IMG/VR virus record: IMGVR_UViG_3300010352_002076
DNA length: 60,862 nucleotides
Origin: an uncultured virus (IMG/VR IMGVR_UViG_3300010352_002076)
Lineage: Duplodnaviria; Heunggongvirae; Uroviricota; Caudoviricetes
Reading direction: 5' to 3' (one strand)
The notes beneath the pieces were generated by a model. The model was given only the letters and a program-made list of their open reading frames with translations, was not told the DNA's origin and made no database searches. Shown in pieces: positions 8,956-17,795 of this stretch (position 1 is the first letter of the stretch; each line of letters begins with the position of its first letter). The translations under genes were made by a program, and so were the position numbers.

Positions 8956-9455
8956 TACCCTTCGAGGTCTTCCCAGGCCGCCGCGGCCGCGGCGTCGGCC
9001 TCGGTGAAGGGACCCTCGTCGGTGTCGTCGTTGGGCCGGTTGTAGTACCAGCCCGCCTTCTGCTGCCCGGGCTCCTCGGCGAGCCAGGTCACGGCGTAGC
9101 CGTTCGGCACGGCCTGGCGGTGCCCCGGGGCATCGACGTACCAGACGTCCTGGCCGTCCTCCTGGCGGCACACCGCGCAGACATGCCCCGGCATCACGTT
9201 CACCGAGACGATCTGCCAGCCGTTGTACTTCGCGTAGATGTGCTCGACGATGGTCCGGACATCGTCGTCGGCGACGAGGTGCTCGAACTCCTTCTTCACG
9301 GGGTCCATGAAGACGCAGATCCACTTCTTCATCTTGGAACCGCGGACCGGGGTGAACGAGGCCATGGCCCCGGTGACGTGGTCCCGGACCACGGTGGTGC
9401 CGGGGTGGCTGTACCCCCGCTCCAGGTTGGCGACGAGCTCAGATTCTTCGCTCAT
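8955..9455 (-). CDS. hypothetical protein (166 aa)
   Basis: Start re-picked at MSEESE with GGAG upstream. Confidence 0.65.
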   Translation of the reverse strand: MSEESELVANLERGYSHPGTTVVRDHVTGAMASFTPVRGSKMKKWICVFMDPVKKEFEHLVADDDVRTIVEHIYAKYNGWQIVSVNVMPGHVCAVCRQEDGQDVWYVDAPGHRQAVPNGYAVTWLAEEPGQQKAGWYYNRPNDDTDEGPFTEADAAAAAAWEDLEG

Positions 9456-9658
9456 AGTTTCTCCGGGGCGTTGGTACTGATCCACCGGTGCAGCAGGTAG
9501 TGGTGGCGGAAGCAGGCGTGGCCGACGCCGAGCCAGAAGCCCAGGAGACAGAACCAGTGGGCCCCGATCCAGTGCCGGCTCTCGTTGAGCGCAGACAGGA
9601 CGATGACGAGGAAGAGCCCCAGGAGGCAGAGCCCGCTGAGCCAGCTGTAGCGCCTCAC
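9452..9658 (-). CDS. small membrane protein (two hydrophobic segments)
   Basis: LSGLCLLGLFLVIVLSAL and WFCLLGFWLGVG. Confidence 0.5.
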   Translation of the reverse strand: MRRYSWLSGLCLLGLFLVIVLSALNESRHWIGAHWFCLLGFWLGVGHACFRHHYLLHRWISTNAPEKL

Positions 9659-9924
9659 CGCATCCCCTTCTTCTTGCCGAAGGGCCGGCCGAACTCCTGC
9701 TCCATGGCGATGCGCTCCACGGGGCTCAGCTTCGCCCAGGCCTCCTTGGCAACCTTGTCGAGATCGAAGACCTCGGCCTTGATGTCGTTCCAGGGCTTGT
9801 TCGGGTCCTTCTCGGCGGCCTCACGGGTCAGGAAGGCAGCGGTGACGTTGCCGCCCGGGGAACGGTCCATGCCGTCGATGCCACCGCCCTTGGAGATCGC
9901 GAGGTAAACGATGGTGTCAGCCAT
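9655..9924 (-). CDS. hypothetical protein (89 aa)
   Basis: Operon packing, codon bias. Confidence 0.6.
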   Translation of the reverse strand: MADTIVYLAISKGGGIDGMDRSPGGNVTAAFLTREAAEKDPNKPWNDIKAEVFDLDKVAKEAWAKLSPVERIAMEQEFGRPFGKKKGMR

Positions 9925-9926
9925 GA

Positions 9927-10292
9927 TCAGTTCACCTTGGTCAGGAGATAGGTCACTTCCCCGAAGCGGGCGTAGACCTTGATCTCGGGATGGCGCTTCA
10001 GGACGAACTGGAGGCCCTTGTCGACTTCCACGGCGCAGGTCTGGCCGTTCTTCAGCGGGAGCAGCGCGGAGCAGTGGCTGTCGCCGAGGAAGACCCCGTT
10101 GGCTTTCATGCGCTCGATGTCGAGAATCAAGATGTCGTGGTCGCAGTGGTCCGGGCCAGCGGGCTCCGCGTAGCGGCCGTCGGCGCTGTGGTCACAGCGC
10201 AGGAGTTCGCCGGCGCTGTTCTCGTAGAAGTAGCCGTCGCTGGCGCTGCGCCACACCAGCTTCACGGGTTTGCCGTTGGCAGTAGCAGTCAT
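9927..10292 (-). CDS. hypothetical protein (121 aa)
   Basis: AAGGAG RBS, operon packing. Confidence 0.65.
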   Translation of the reverse strand: MTATANGKPVKLVWRSASDGYFYENSAGELLRCDHSADGRYAEPAGPDHCDHDILILDIERMKANGVFLGDSHCSALLPLKNGQTCAVEVDKGLQFVLKRHPEIKVYARFGEVTYLLTKVN

Positions 10293-10293
10293 G

Positions 10294-10461
10294 TCAGTTC
10301 TCCTTGTGCTCGAGCAAGACGCGGCCGAGGCGTTTGTGCCCGGCCTTGAGGTAGTGGCGCTTCCACCAGGCCTTGACGTCGGCCAGGGTCATGGTGCGCT
10401 TCAGTTCTTCGGACGCCTCTTTAGCGGCGGCGTCCATTTCAGCGGCGTTCTCAGCGGCCAT
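10294..10461 (-). CDS. hypothetical protein (55 aa)
   Basis: Below ORF-track cutoff: MAAENAAEMDAAAKEASEELK...AWWKRHYLKAGHKRLGRVLL; GGAGG RBS; fills the gap between neighbours. Confidence 0.6.
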   Translation of the reverse strand: MAAENAAEMDAAAKEASEELKRTMTLADVKAWWKRHYLKAGHKRLGRVLLEHKEN

Positions 10462-10768
10462 TGGTGGCCTCCTCTTTCTTGGGGGTGTGTTCAGCGTTGT
10501 GAGCGTCGACCTTCTTCCGGAGCTCGATGGCTTCCGTGATGATGGTCAGCGCGGGTGGGGTCCGATCCCAATACTTATCGAAGGAGGTCCATTCCGGGAT
10601 CTCCGTGGTGCAGTGGATCCCCACTGGGGTCCCGCAGCTCGACATCTGGATCCGGACCCCGTTGGAAAGTTCGATTTCATCGTCGGTGGTATCGGGCTCC
10701 TCGGACACCGCGAACTTCGCCGTGAGCCCGTAGAGCACCGCGACGCGGCGGATCGTGGAGAGTTTCAT
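10451..10768 (-). CDS. hypothetical protein (105 aa)
   Basis: ATGA overlap. Confidence 0.6.
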   Translation of the reverse strand: MKLSTIRRVAVLYGLTAKFAVSEEPDTTDDEIELSNGVRIQMSSCGTPVGIHCTTEIPEWTSFDKYWDRTPPALTIITEAIELRKKVDAHNAEHTPKKEEATNGR

Positions 10769-11004
10769 GCTACCTTCTGCAGCGTCTTCTTGATCTTGTG
10801 ACGCCGGGTCTGCTCGGCCTTCTGGCGATCTCTCGCCATGAGGCGGATCAGGTGCTTCGCGACGACGCGGAGCTCGTTCCGGGTGAGCAGGTAGCGCCCG
10901 GGCCGCAGGACACCCTTCTCGGATGTCATCACGGTGTCCGGAAGATCCTCCAGGGCATGAGCGACGAGGCGATCCAGAATCTTGAGTTCGTCGAGCCTGG
11001 TCAC
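10765..11004 (-). CDS. hypothetical protein (79 aa)
   Basis: GTGA overlap. Confidence 0.55.
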   Translation of the reverse strand: MTRLDELKILDRLVAHALEDLPDTVMTSEKGVLRPGRYLLTRNELRVVAKHLIRLMARDRQKAEQTRRHKIKKTLQKVA

Positions 11005-11357
11005 GCCGGCTTCCACTTCGTCTTCTCGTTGTTCAGGAACTCGACGATGAAGATGTCCTCGCCGAAATCCTTGTCCTCGGTATGCCACCGGAGCCCATTG
11101 TTATCCCAGCCCGCCCTGACGTAGACCTTGTCGAGCTTCTGGAGCCCCTCGTTGTCCTGGTAGTCGGGGTGCGTCCCGATGAGGTTCTTCAGGTCGAGGT
11201 GGACGGCGCGGAGCTTCTCGACCAGCGGCGCCGTGTGGGCCTCGTCGGTGCCCTCGAAGATGTTGATGGTGCAGAGGAGCTCGAAAAGGAGCTCCGGCAC
11301 CGGATAGAGCGGCTTGCGCGCTCTCGGCTTCTTGGGTTCACGCTTCTTGAGGGGCAT
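11001..11357 (-). CDS. hypothetical protein (118 aa)
   Basis: Start re-picked at MPLKKR. Confidence 0.6.
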   Translation of the reverse strand: MPLKKREPKKPRARKPLYPVPELLFELLCTINIFEGTDEAHTAPLVEKLRAVHLDLKNLIGTHPDYQDNEGLQKLDKVYVRAGWDNNGLRWHTEDKDFGEDIFIVEFLNNEKTKWKPA

Positions 11358-12255
11358 CTTCCATCTCCTTATAGGCCGCGGTGGCGGCCTGTTCGATTTC
11401 ATCGCGGAGCTGGACCACGGCAGAGTTCCGGGCCCAGACGTCTTTCACTTTCTCGAGGCTCTCGGTGCCAAGGGCCAACGTGACGGCGTCGCCGTCGTTG
11501 ATGAAGAAGTAGATCCGGCTCAGGCCGCCATCGTTGAGGTACAACGGATCCGAGGTCCGATTCACGAGCTCCTCGAAGCTCTTCGGGTAGCGCCAGTTCA
11601 CGCCGTAGCGCTGCCCCCGGGTCTTCCCGGTCAGGAGCATGTCGAGGCGGTACATGGCGTGCGGAAGGCACAGGTTCCCGACGAAGTCCGGTGGCGGCAG
11701 CTCGACGTACTTGGCACGGATCGCGTTCTGGCGGTTCAGGCTGTCCGCCATGCCCCAGGAGATGTTGGCGGCTGCCTTCATCTTATCCTGGAGTGAGAAC
11801 CCGTTCGTGGCCCAGGAGAGCTGGCCCGGCACTGAACACAGCGACTGGAACTTCTCAATGATATCTCGGAGGGCATGCTTCGCCTTGACCTCACCGTTGC
11901 GCCCCTTGCCGTAGGCGGCCTCGAACTCGGCGCTGCCGACCTCGAAGGTCACGAACCCGGAGATGGTGCGGTCAGCGCCGGGCTTCTCGAAGAAGGCGTA
12001 GGGCGAGATGTCGACCTCGCGGGTCCCCTTGAGCCGGCAGCACTCCGGCATCCAAAAGATCTTTTCGCCGCTCAGCATCTGAACCAGGACATCGGTGCAG
12101 TAGTGCTCGTCCTCGGGCTCCACTTGGCCCCGGAGCTTGGGATCCTCTTGAATGAGATCCTCGTCGTAGGGCCGCAGGGACAGCGGCAGTGGCCCACCCC
12201 GGAACTCGAAGCTGACCGTCAGGGCGCAATCGCTGATCTGGATGTCATCGACCAT
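11338..12255 (-). CDS. hypothetical protein (305 aa)
   Basis: Start re-picked at MVDDIQ with GAGGAG upstream. Confidence 0.7.
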   Translation of the reverse strand: MVDDIQISDCALTVSFEFRGGPLPLSLRPYDEDLIQEDPKLRGQVEPEDEHYCTDVLVQMLSGEKIFWMPECCRLKGTREVDISPYAFFEKPGADRTISGFVTFEVGSAEFEAAYGKGRNGEVKAKHALRDIIEKFQSLCSVPGQLSWATNGFSLQDKMKAAANISWGMADSLNRQNAIRAKYVELPPPDFVGNLCLPHAMYRLDMLLTGKTRGQRYGVNWRYPKSFEELVNRTSDPLYLNDGGLSRIYFFINDGDAVTLALGTESLEKVKDVWARNSAVVQLRDEIEQAATAAYKEMEDAPQEA

Positions 12256-12493
12256 CGAGACGTCTCCTCTTCGGGGCCCCTGGTGGCGGGGTCCACTTCG
12301 GTGACTCCTTGCAGACCACATCCGGAACCGGGGCATTACAGATCACGAAGTTGGTGCACCCCGTGGTGTACCTGGCGGGGACATGGGCCCCGCAGGTCGT
12401 GCAGATGTCGTAGGGGCCCGACGTGGACCCCGGTGGTCGCATCGTCGAGGGGTGCGTGCAGGGCGGCCGTGCCACTTCAGTGGCCCCGGTCAC
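12245..12493 (-). CDS. possible small Cys-containing protein
   Basis: GTGA overlap; CTTC motif. Confidence 0.4.
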   Translation of the reverse strand: MTGATEVARPPCTHPSTMRPPGSTSGPYDICTTCGAHVPARYTTGCTNFVICNAPVPDVVCKESPKWTPPPGAPKRRRLDGR

Positions 12494-12768
12494 GTCGCCC
12501 CAGCGGCGACCAAGCGCTCCTGGGCCCCCTTGAGGAGCCGAGTCAGACGCTCGACCTCACAGGCTGGACACCGGGTCTGTTTGTCGCGGTGGTCCGGGCA
12601 GAGCCCGTTGTGCTTGTCGCGGATCTCCAACTGCTTCCGCAGCGCTGTAACGGTGCGGATCTGGGCCCGACACTCCTCCAGGAGAACGTGGGCCTGGGCC
12701 TGGGTGCAGGTCCCGTCGTAAACCGCGTTGATCGCGGCGCTAAGTTCTGGACTGATCTCGTCGCTCAT
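12490..12768 (-). CDS. hypothetical protein (92 aa)
   Basis: Start at MSDEIS with AAGGAGG upstream; CPDH...CPAC motif. Confidence 0.6.
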   Translation of the reverse strand: MSDEISPELSAAINAVYDGTCTQAQAHVLLEECRAQIRTVTALRKQLEIRDKHNGLCPDHRDKQTRCPACEVERLTRLLKGAQERLVAAGAT

Positions 12769-13406
12769 GTGAATGTGACCTCCTTGGCGGGGGCACCGCC
12801 GTGACCGTTCTTGCAGACCGGACCGCTGTCGGTGTGGAACTGGGGTTCGCCGCAGTCCTGACACAACAGGGGCCGGATGTCCTTCTCGTAGCAGTCCGTG
12901 CGGCTGCCGTCGTCGAGCTCGAGCCTGATGAGCGGCGTCGCCTCGATGCAGACCTCGGAGATCTGTATGACGCGGCCGTGGTGCACGGTGTCGCCGTCGT
13001 CCTTCCAGGCTACGCGCTGCTTCACCTCGAGAGGCGCGGGCTCCCGATAGGGTTCCCCGAGCCGGTTGTTGTAGAGCGCGTTGGGAACTCCCGTAGCGGG
13101 GGTCCACTGCGCCAACATCTTGTCGATGATGGCGCCCATGCTCGGGTTCTTGATGCGATACGCGAGGCTGTCGACGGTGCCTTGCACGGCGCCACGCAGC
13201 AAACCCTGAAGCGACTTCGCGATGGTGTCCAGGTGCTCCGGGGTGAGCCCGTCGACGCGGCCGAGCTCAGTGGTCACCGCCCTGGAACCATTCTTCACGG
13301 GCAGCTCCATGATGCGAACCACGACGCGGCAGCGCTCCGGCGGCGCCGGGTGATCCAGGGGCTCCGCGAAAACCTGGATGTTGAAGCCGAAGTCGTGGTT
13401 CACCAC
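12765..13406 (-). CDS. hypothetical protein (213 aa) with C-terminal Zn-binding motif
   Basis: CQDC...CKNGH. Confidence 0.65.
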   Translation of the reverse strand: MVNHDFGFNIQVFAEPLDHPAPPERCRVVVRIMELPVKNGSRAVTTELGRVDGLTPEHLDTIAKSLQGLLRGAVQGTVDSLAYRIKNPSMGAIIDKMLAQWTPATGVPNALYNNRLGEPYREPAPLEVKQRVAWKDDGDTVHHGRVIQISEVCIEATPLIRLELDDGSRTDCYEKDIRPLLCQDCGEPQFHTDSGPVCKNGHGGAPAKEVTFT

Positions 13407-13741
13407 TCGAACACCGGGAGCCCCGTGACGGTCTCGCCGTCGCGATCGAGCTGGAGCCAGTTGCAGCCGGCCTCGCCGGCCAGCTTGATCAAGGCGAGGA
13501 GGTGCTTCGAGAACCCGACCTCGAGGAAGTTCTTCTCGAACTCCTCGATCTCCTCGGGCTCCCTGGCCTCGCCGTGGTGCCAGGCCGAGATCAGGTAGCC
13601 GAAGCGGTACTCCAGGATCGCGACGGGGAAGTCCTCGTCGTCGCCGACGTGGTCGTGGAGGAGCCCGTTGTCGGACTCCGGGATATGTACGGTGCCGATG
13701 TCGAGCACCTTCTGGATGTGTTTGCTGAGATCAGGTGGCAT
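13400..13741 (-). CDS. DUF5983-like conserved mobile-element protein
   Basis: Pattern LDIGTVHI...YRFGY...A.EAGCNWLQLDRDG...GLPVFEW recalled from the DUF5983 family. Confidence 0.55.
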   Translation of the reverse strand: MPPDLSKHIQKVLDIGTVHIPESDNGLLHDHVGDDEDFPVAILEYRFGYLISAWHHGEAREPEEIEEFEKNFLEVGFSKHLLALIKLAGEAGCNWLQLDRDGETVTGLPVFEW

Positions 13742-14015
13742 GGCATTCCTTAGGGGTTGAGACGTCGGTGCGCCAGTCCTTCACGGTGCTCCAGGGAAGA
13801 TCGCCGCACGCCTCCAGGACCAAGGCGCGGCGCAGCTCCGGAGGCACCGCGGCCCCGAGCTGCTCCAGGTTGTCGATCTCGAAGCAGTCATCGGACCAGC
13901 TCATTTTCTGCTTGGCCGACCAGGACTGGCAGAAGAAGGCCCCGGGGACCTTGTCGAAACCCACGATGAAGTAGGCCCCGGGCTTCGTGGCGTGGGCAAT
14001 GGTGTGTCGGCTCAT
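13731..14015 (-). CDS. hypothetical protein (94 aa)
   Basis: ATGA overlap, start MSRHTI. Confidence 0.55.
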   Translation of the reverse strand: MSRHTIAHATKPGAYFIVGFDKVPGAFFCQSWSAKQKMSWSDDCFEIDNLEQLGAAVPPELRRALVLEACGDLPWSTVKDWRTDVSTPKECHAT

Positions 14016-14311
14016 GCGTCGCCAACCTCGACCTTGAGGACCATGATCTGTTTGCCGTGGTGGAACGTGAGCCCGTCGGCTTGCCATTGCACCGCGGACC
14101 GATCGAGATGATCCCATGCCGTCTGCTCCGTCTTGAACCCGGTGCACCGGGAGCCCCGGCGCAGCAGGGTTCCCGGGGAGGGCTGTCCCTCGAACCCGTA
14201 GCCCAGGGGCTCCCAGATCGGTTGCCCCCGGGTCGTCCCGACCTGAAGCATCACAACGAAGCGGTCCCCGGGCTTCGTGAACTCCGGGGGATGGATGAGT
14301 ACGTGCTTCAC
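14012..14311 (-). CDS. hypothetical protein (99 aa)
   Basis: GTGA overlap. Confidence 0.55.
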   Translation of the reverse strand: MKHVLIHPPEFTKPGDRFVVMLQVGTTRGQPIWEPLGYGFEGQPSPGTLLRRGSRCTGFKTEQTAWDHLDRSAVQWQADGLTFHHGKQIMVLKVEVGDA

Positions 14312-14832
14312 TGTGAGTCCCTCGCCTTGACGTACTCCCATTCCTGAATGGTGTCGACTTGGTGCGGCGCCAAGAGGTGGCGGACCAGGGCCGCGGGGAG
14401 CTCGAGGTAGAAGACGCCGGCGCGCATGACGCACGTCGCCGAGGAGCAGAACCCGTTGAGCATACCACCGAAGAACGGCGGCAGCCCGAGCTCATGGGCC
14501 AGGGACTCCCCGGTTTCCCAGCGGATCGCGTCGAGCCTGGCCTTGAACACCTTGCCAGCCACGGTCCTGGTGTTCGGCTTGATGTAGCCCGGGAACTGCT
14601 TCCCGGCGGGACGCCAGCCCGCGGCGGCCGCGGTCACGCCGTAGGCGCGGTAGAGCCCCTCGACCTGGGCCCCGCGGAGCAGGTAGCGTTCCGGCACGGC
14701 GCCGACCTCCTTGGCGAGCTCGTTGACGGCTGCCTTCGCGGCGTCGTACCGGATCTGCCACTTCATGCAGGCCTCGAACTTGGGGCCCGCGTAGATCTTG
14801 ACCCAGGCTAAGAGGATTTCGGATTGATCCAT
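14308..14832 (-). CDS. hypothetical protein (174 aa)
   Basis: Start MDQSEI with GGAG upstream. Confidence 0.65.
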   Translation of the reverse strand: MDQSEILLAWVKIYAGPKFEACMKWQIRYDAAKAAVNELAKEVGAVPERYLLRGAQVEGLYRAYGVTAAAAGWRPAGKQFPGYIKPNTRTVAGKVFKARLDAIRWETGESLAHELGLPPFFGGMLNGFCSSATCVMRAGVFYLELPAALVRHLLAPHQVDTIQEWEYVKARDSQ

Positions 14833-15050
14833 GGAGACACTCCCTTGGCGTGAATGTAGAACTGGGTGCGCCACTCCGACGGGAGCTGGTGCTTCTCGAG
14901 GAGGTCGTAGACCCCCTGGAACCAGTCACGGGTGGACTGGACGATCCGGGTGATTTCGTCCCGGAGGTATTGCCCCTCGATGCGTGGGGCGGAGCGCAGG
15001 GGCCCCAGGCTGTTCGAGTGCCGGAGCCCCTTGGCACTGAGCGCCTTCAC
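14808..15050 (-). CDS. hypothetical protein (~80 aa)
   Basis: GTGA overlap. Confidence 0.5.
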   Translation of the reverse strand: MKALSAKGLRHSNSLGPLRSAPRIEGQYLRDEITRIVQSTRDWFQGVYDLLEKHQLPSEWRTQFYIHAKGVSPWINPKSS

Positions 15051-15394
15051 CACTGAACCTCGATGACGCGCCGACACCCGGGCCTGGGATCATCGGCCTC
15101 GTTGTGGTAGACCTCGGTCCACTCCCCTTCCTGGAAGATGTGCAGGTCGAGCTCATCGCCGTCGATCAGGCTCTGGTCGGCGTACTGGCCGACCTCGTCC
15201 CAGTGCGGCGTCGCATAGGCGCCGTCGGGGTTCCGATAGGCCTCCTGGAGCCGGAACGACTTCGGCGGGTTCGCCTTCAGGAACGCGCAGATCGCGGTGT
15301 CGACCTCTTTGAGTTCGATCCTGGCGTCGCGCCAGGCCAGGAGAGCGAGCTTCCGCCGCACCTTGAGCTGGAGAACTTGGTCCGCGATGCTCAT
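15047..15394 (-). CDS. hypothetical protein (115 aa)
   Basis: ATGA overlap. Confidence 0.6.
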   Translation of the reverse strand: MSIADQVLQLKVRRKLALLAWRDARIELKEVDTAICAFLKANPPKSFRLQEAYRNPDGAYATPHWDEVGQYADQSLIDGDELDLHIFQEGEWTEVYHNEADDPRPGCRRVIEVQW

Positions 15395-15555
15395 GAGATC
15401 CTCTCGCCGTTCTTCACGGTCCAGCCGCGCTCCGCGGCGGCGATGCGGGCGTTGTCGTAGTCGCCGTGCTTGTAGCGATTGAACTCCTTCTTCAGGATGT
15501 TCTCGAGCTGGGTGTCAGTGGCCTGACGGCAGAACTGAATGAAGCTCTCGTCCAT
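15391..15555 (-). CDS. hypothetical protein (54 aa)
   Basis: Start MDESFI with AAGGAAGG upstream. Confidence 0.55.
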   Translation of the reverse strand: MDESFIQFCRQATDTQLENILKKEFNRYKHGDYDNARIAAAERGWTVKNGERIS

Positions 15556-15557
15556 GG

Positions 15558-15854
15558 TTAACCTTCCTTGATCTGCTTGAGTTGCGGCCATATCGAGTTG
15601 AGCGTGGTTGCCGTTGCCAACACCAGCTCTGTTGCAGGGGCGGTCCGTGGGTTCTCCAACAGACGAATCACCCTGAAGTACCTTCCTACCATTCCATGGC
15701 TAGAGAGGTTGGCCCACCCGTGCTCCTGCCGGAGTCGCTCAACGATGCGCGCCGTCAAGCTACCCCGGTATCCTGCTAGCCTGATTTTATCTCTGACGTG
15801 TTTTACAAACCGGATCTGATCAGCCAAGGTTACACGACAAGCCGGTGCGCCCAT
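15558..15854 (-). CDS. hypothetical basic protein (98 aa), atypical codons
   Basis: Start MGAPAC; AT-richer segment. Confidence 0.45.
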   Translation of the reverse strand: MGAPACRVTLADQIRFVKHVRDKIRLAGYRGSLTARIVERLRQEHGWANLSSHGMVGRYFRVIRLLENPRTAPATELVLATATTLNSIWPQLKQIKEG

Positions 15855-15938
15855 GTCAGGGCTCCGGTGGAGTTTCTTTGTCGACCTTCTTGGCGGCAGC
15901 GTCGGCATGGATCGCGTTGATCGTGGAAAGAGTGGCAC

Positions 15939-16331
15939 TCATTGCGTGATTCCTTCGCGGACATAGGCCCGCTCGATGACCCCGTAGAGGTGATCCAGGG
16001 CGTTCCTGAGATCACCGTGGTCCCCGTGGACCGCCGTGAAGAAGTCGGCCCCCGTGGGTGCCGGCTTGATGCCGACCAGCACGAAAGTCATCCCGCTGAG
16101 CACGAGGTGCAGCGCTTTCTGCTGCTGCGGCGTCAGCTCGATGCGCTGACCGTCGGCCGTGGTGACGACCTCGTTCTTCGTGGGGTCCATGGACCCCGGG
16201 GCCGGTTCCACCGGTGGGACATAGCCACCGGGCAGGGCGCCGTGGCGCGCCAACATGGCGTCATGGGGTTCACTGGGTCCAGGGGCCGCGGCGCGGACAC
16301 CGGGGAACTGAATGATCTTGTCTTTGCTCAT
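15939..16331 (-). CDS. hypothetical protein (130 aa)
   Basis: GGAG RBS, TGATG overlap. Confidence 0.65.
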   Translation of the reverse strand: MSKDKIIQFPGVRAAAPGPSEPHDAMLARHGALPGGYVPPVEPAPGSMDPTKNEVVTTADGQRIELTPQQQKALHLVLSGMTFVLVGIKPAPTGADFFTAVHGDHGDLRNALDHLYGVIERAYVREGITQ

Positions 16332-16594
16332 CAGCGATCTCCGTGTTCTTCTGAGTCATCATAGGTGGAACAGTCCTCGACGAGGCGGCCGCATTCGCAG
16401 CGCTCACGGATGACCTCGGGAGCGGGGCTGACCTCCTCGGCGTATCCGACGTGGGTTTCCTGAAAGACTGCCCCGGGGACCGGGAGGCTCTCAGCCGCGG
16501 CCTTGGCCTTCTTCGTGGCCTCGAGATTGTTGTCGGCGACCACGGTGACGTAGCCCTCGACGACGATGCGGTACTTGGACCGAAATGTCTTCAT
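16331..16594 (-). CDS. hypothetical protein (87 aa)
   Basis: ATGA overlap, start MKTFRS. Confidence 0.55.
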   Translation of the reverse strand: MKTFRSKYRIVVEGYVTVVADNNLEATKKAKAAAESLPVPGAVFQETHVGYAEEVSPAPEVIRERCECGRLVEDCSTYDDSEEHGDR

Positions 16595-17268
16595 GTCTTC
16601 TTCGGCTTCTTGCGAGAGAGCTCGTCGGCGGGGCACACGACTTCGCCGCCGCCGGCTTTGCGCAGCGTGTAGGCCCCGTCGTATTTCACGACGGTGCCGT
16701 AGTCGCTGCAGGCCCCAACGTCGGGGTCGGTCCACCAGACCCGGGTCCCGACGGCGAACTCGGGAAGATCGAAGAACTCGAGAGCGGTGCCGTGCTCCGC
16801 GCAGGCCAGCTTGGCCTGGCGGAGGTTCAGCATCTTGCTGCTGGTCTCGATGAAGTGGCCGCTGCAGTCACCCTGCTCGCACGCCATCTGGATGTCAGCA
16901 AGCCCCATCCTCTCGACCTCGGTGTCACCGGGCTCCACGAGGACCTCGTAGACGAACCGGACCCGCTTCAGGACCGGGGCCGGCTTCGGCTTCTTGGGCG
17001 GCACCGGGACCGCCGGGGAGCTGACGCGCTCCCCGAGGGCGTGCACCGAGATCGCGAGCTGCTCCGCGATCTCGATCAGGATGCGCTCCGCGGTGTAGCC
17101 CCTCTCCTTGAGGACCTCGACCTGGCGCTCCGCGCCAGCGTTGTTGATCGCCGAGGCCCGCTTGTCGGTGCCGACGTGCTGGTAGATCAGCTCGTCGAAG
17201 GCGTCCTGGAGGACGCTGTCGTCAGGTGCCCGCTCAATACACGCCTTCAGGATCTCGTCGTAGGTCAT
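16591..17268 (-). CDS. hypothetical protein (225 aa)
   Basis: ATGA overlap, GGAG RBS. Confidence 0.7.
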   Translation of the reverse strand: MTYDEILKACIERAPDDSVLQDAFDELIYQHVGTDKRASAINNAGAERQVEVLKERGYTAERILIEIAEQLAISVHALGERVSSPAVPVPPKKPKPAPVLKRVRFVYEVLVEPGDTEVERMGLADIQMACEQGDCSGHFIETSSKMLNLRQAKLACAEHGTALEFFDLPEFAVGTRVWWTDPDVGACSDYGTVVKYDGAYTLRKAGGGEVVCPADELSRKKPKKT

Positions 17269-17540
17269 TTCTGCTCCGGAGAATACGTGGCCATGATGCG
17301 GAACTCGTAGTCCTCGGGGTTCTTCAGCGCGGTGCCGAACTCACCCTGGAGGTTGACACCGGCGGTGGCCGCGAGCCCGGGAAACGTGGCGAACATCTTC
17401 GCGAGCTCCCGGGCCAGCGCGGCCCTGGACAGCTCGAGAAGATCCCGGGCCAATCGGCGGCGACGCTCGATCTCCCGGACCAGGGCGTCGTCGGAGAACC
17501 CGGCCAGGCTCTCGTCGGAGTAGTTCTCTTTGTCGGTCAC
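17265..17540 (-). CDS. hypothetical protein (91 aa)
   Basis: GTGA overlap. Confidence 0.55.
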   Translation of the reverse strand: MTDKENYSDESLAGFSDDALVREIERRRRLARDLLELSRAALARELAKMFATFPGLAATAGVNLQGEFGTALKNPEDYEFRIMATYSPEQK

Positions 17541-17791
17541 GACTTCTTCACTTTGATGTCGGGGTACTTCCGGGACCGCGGCTTCGGGCGCCCATAGAGC
17601 GACAGCATGTTGCTGGCGACCATATCCAGGAAGTCCGGGGCGCTGTCCCACTCCTTGCCGGGGTCGAAGCAGTTCCGGTCGGAGTCGAAATAGAGGACGT
17701 CGTAGATGCGGTGGAGCACGGGCTCCACGGTGGCCTTGAAGGTGCGGAGCTTCTGGAGTTCGTTGAACTCCTTCACGGTGATCTCAGGCAC
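17537..17791 (-). CDS. hypothetical protein (84 aa)
   Basis: Operon packing, codon bias. Confidence 0.6.
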   Translation of the reverse strand: MPEITVKEFNELQKLRTFKATVEPVLHRIYDVLYFDSDRNCFDPGKEWDSAPDFLDMVASNMLSLYGRPKPRSRKYPDIKVKKS

Positions 17792-17795
17792 GAGA

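Noticed and set aside
15856..15942. 28-codon ORF MSATLSTINAIHADAAAKKVDKETPPEP
   Set aside because: Fits operon packing but is too short to support without expression data.
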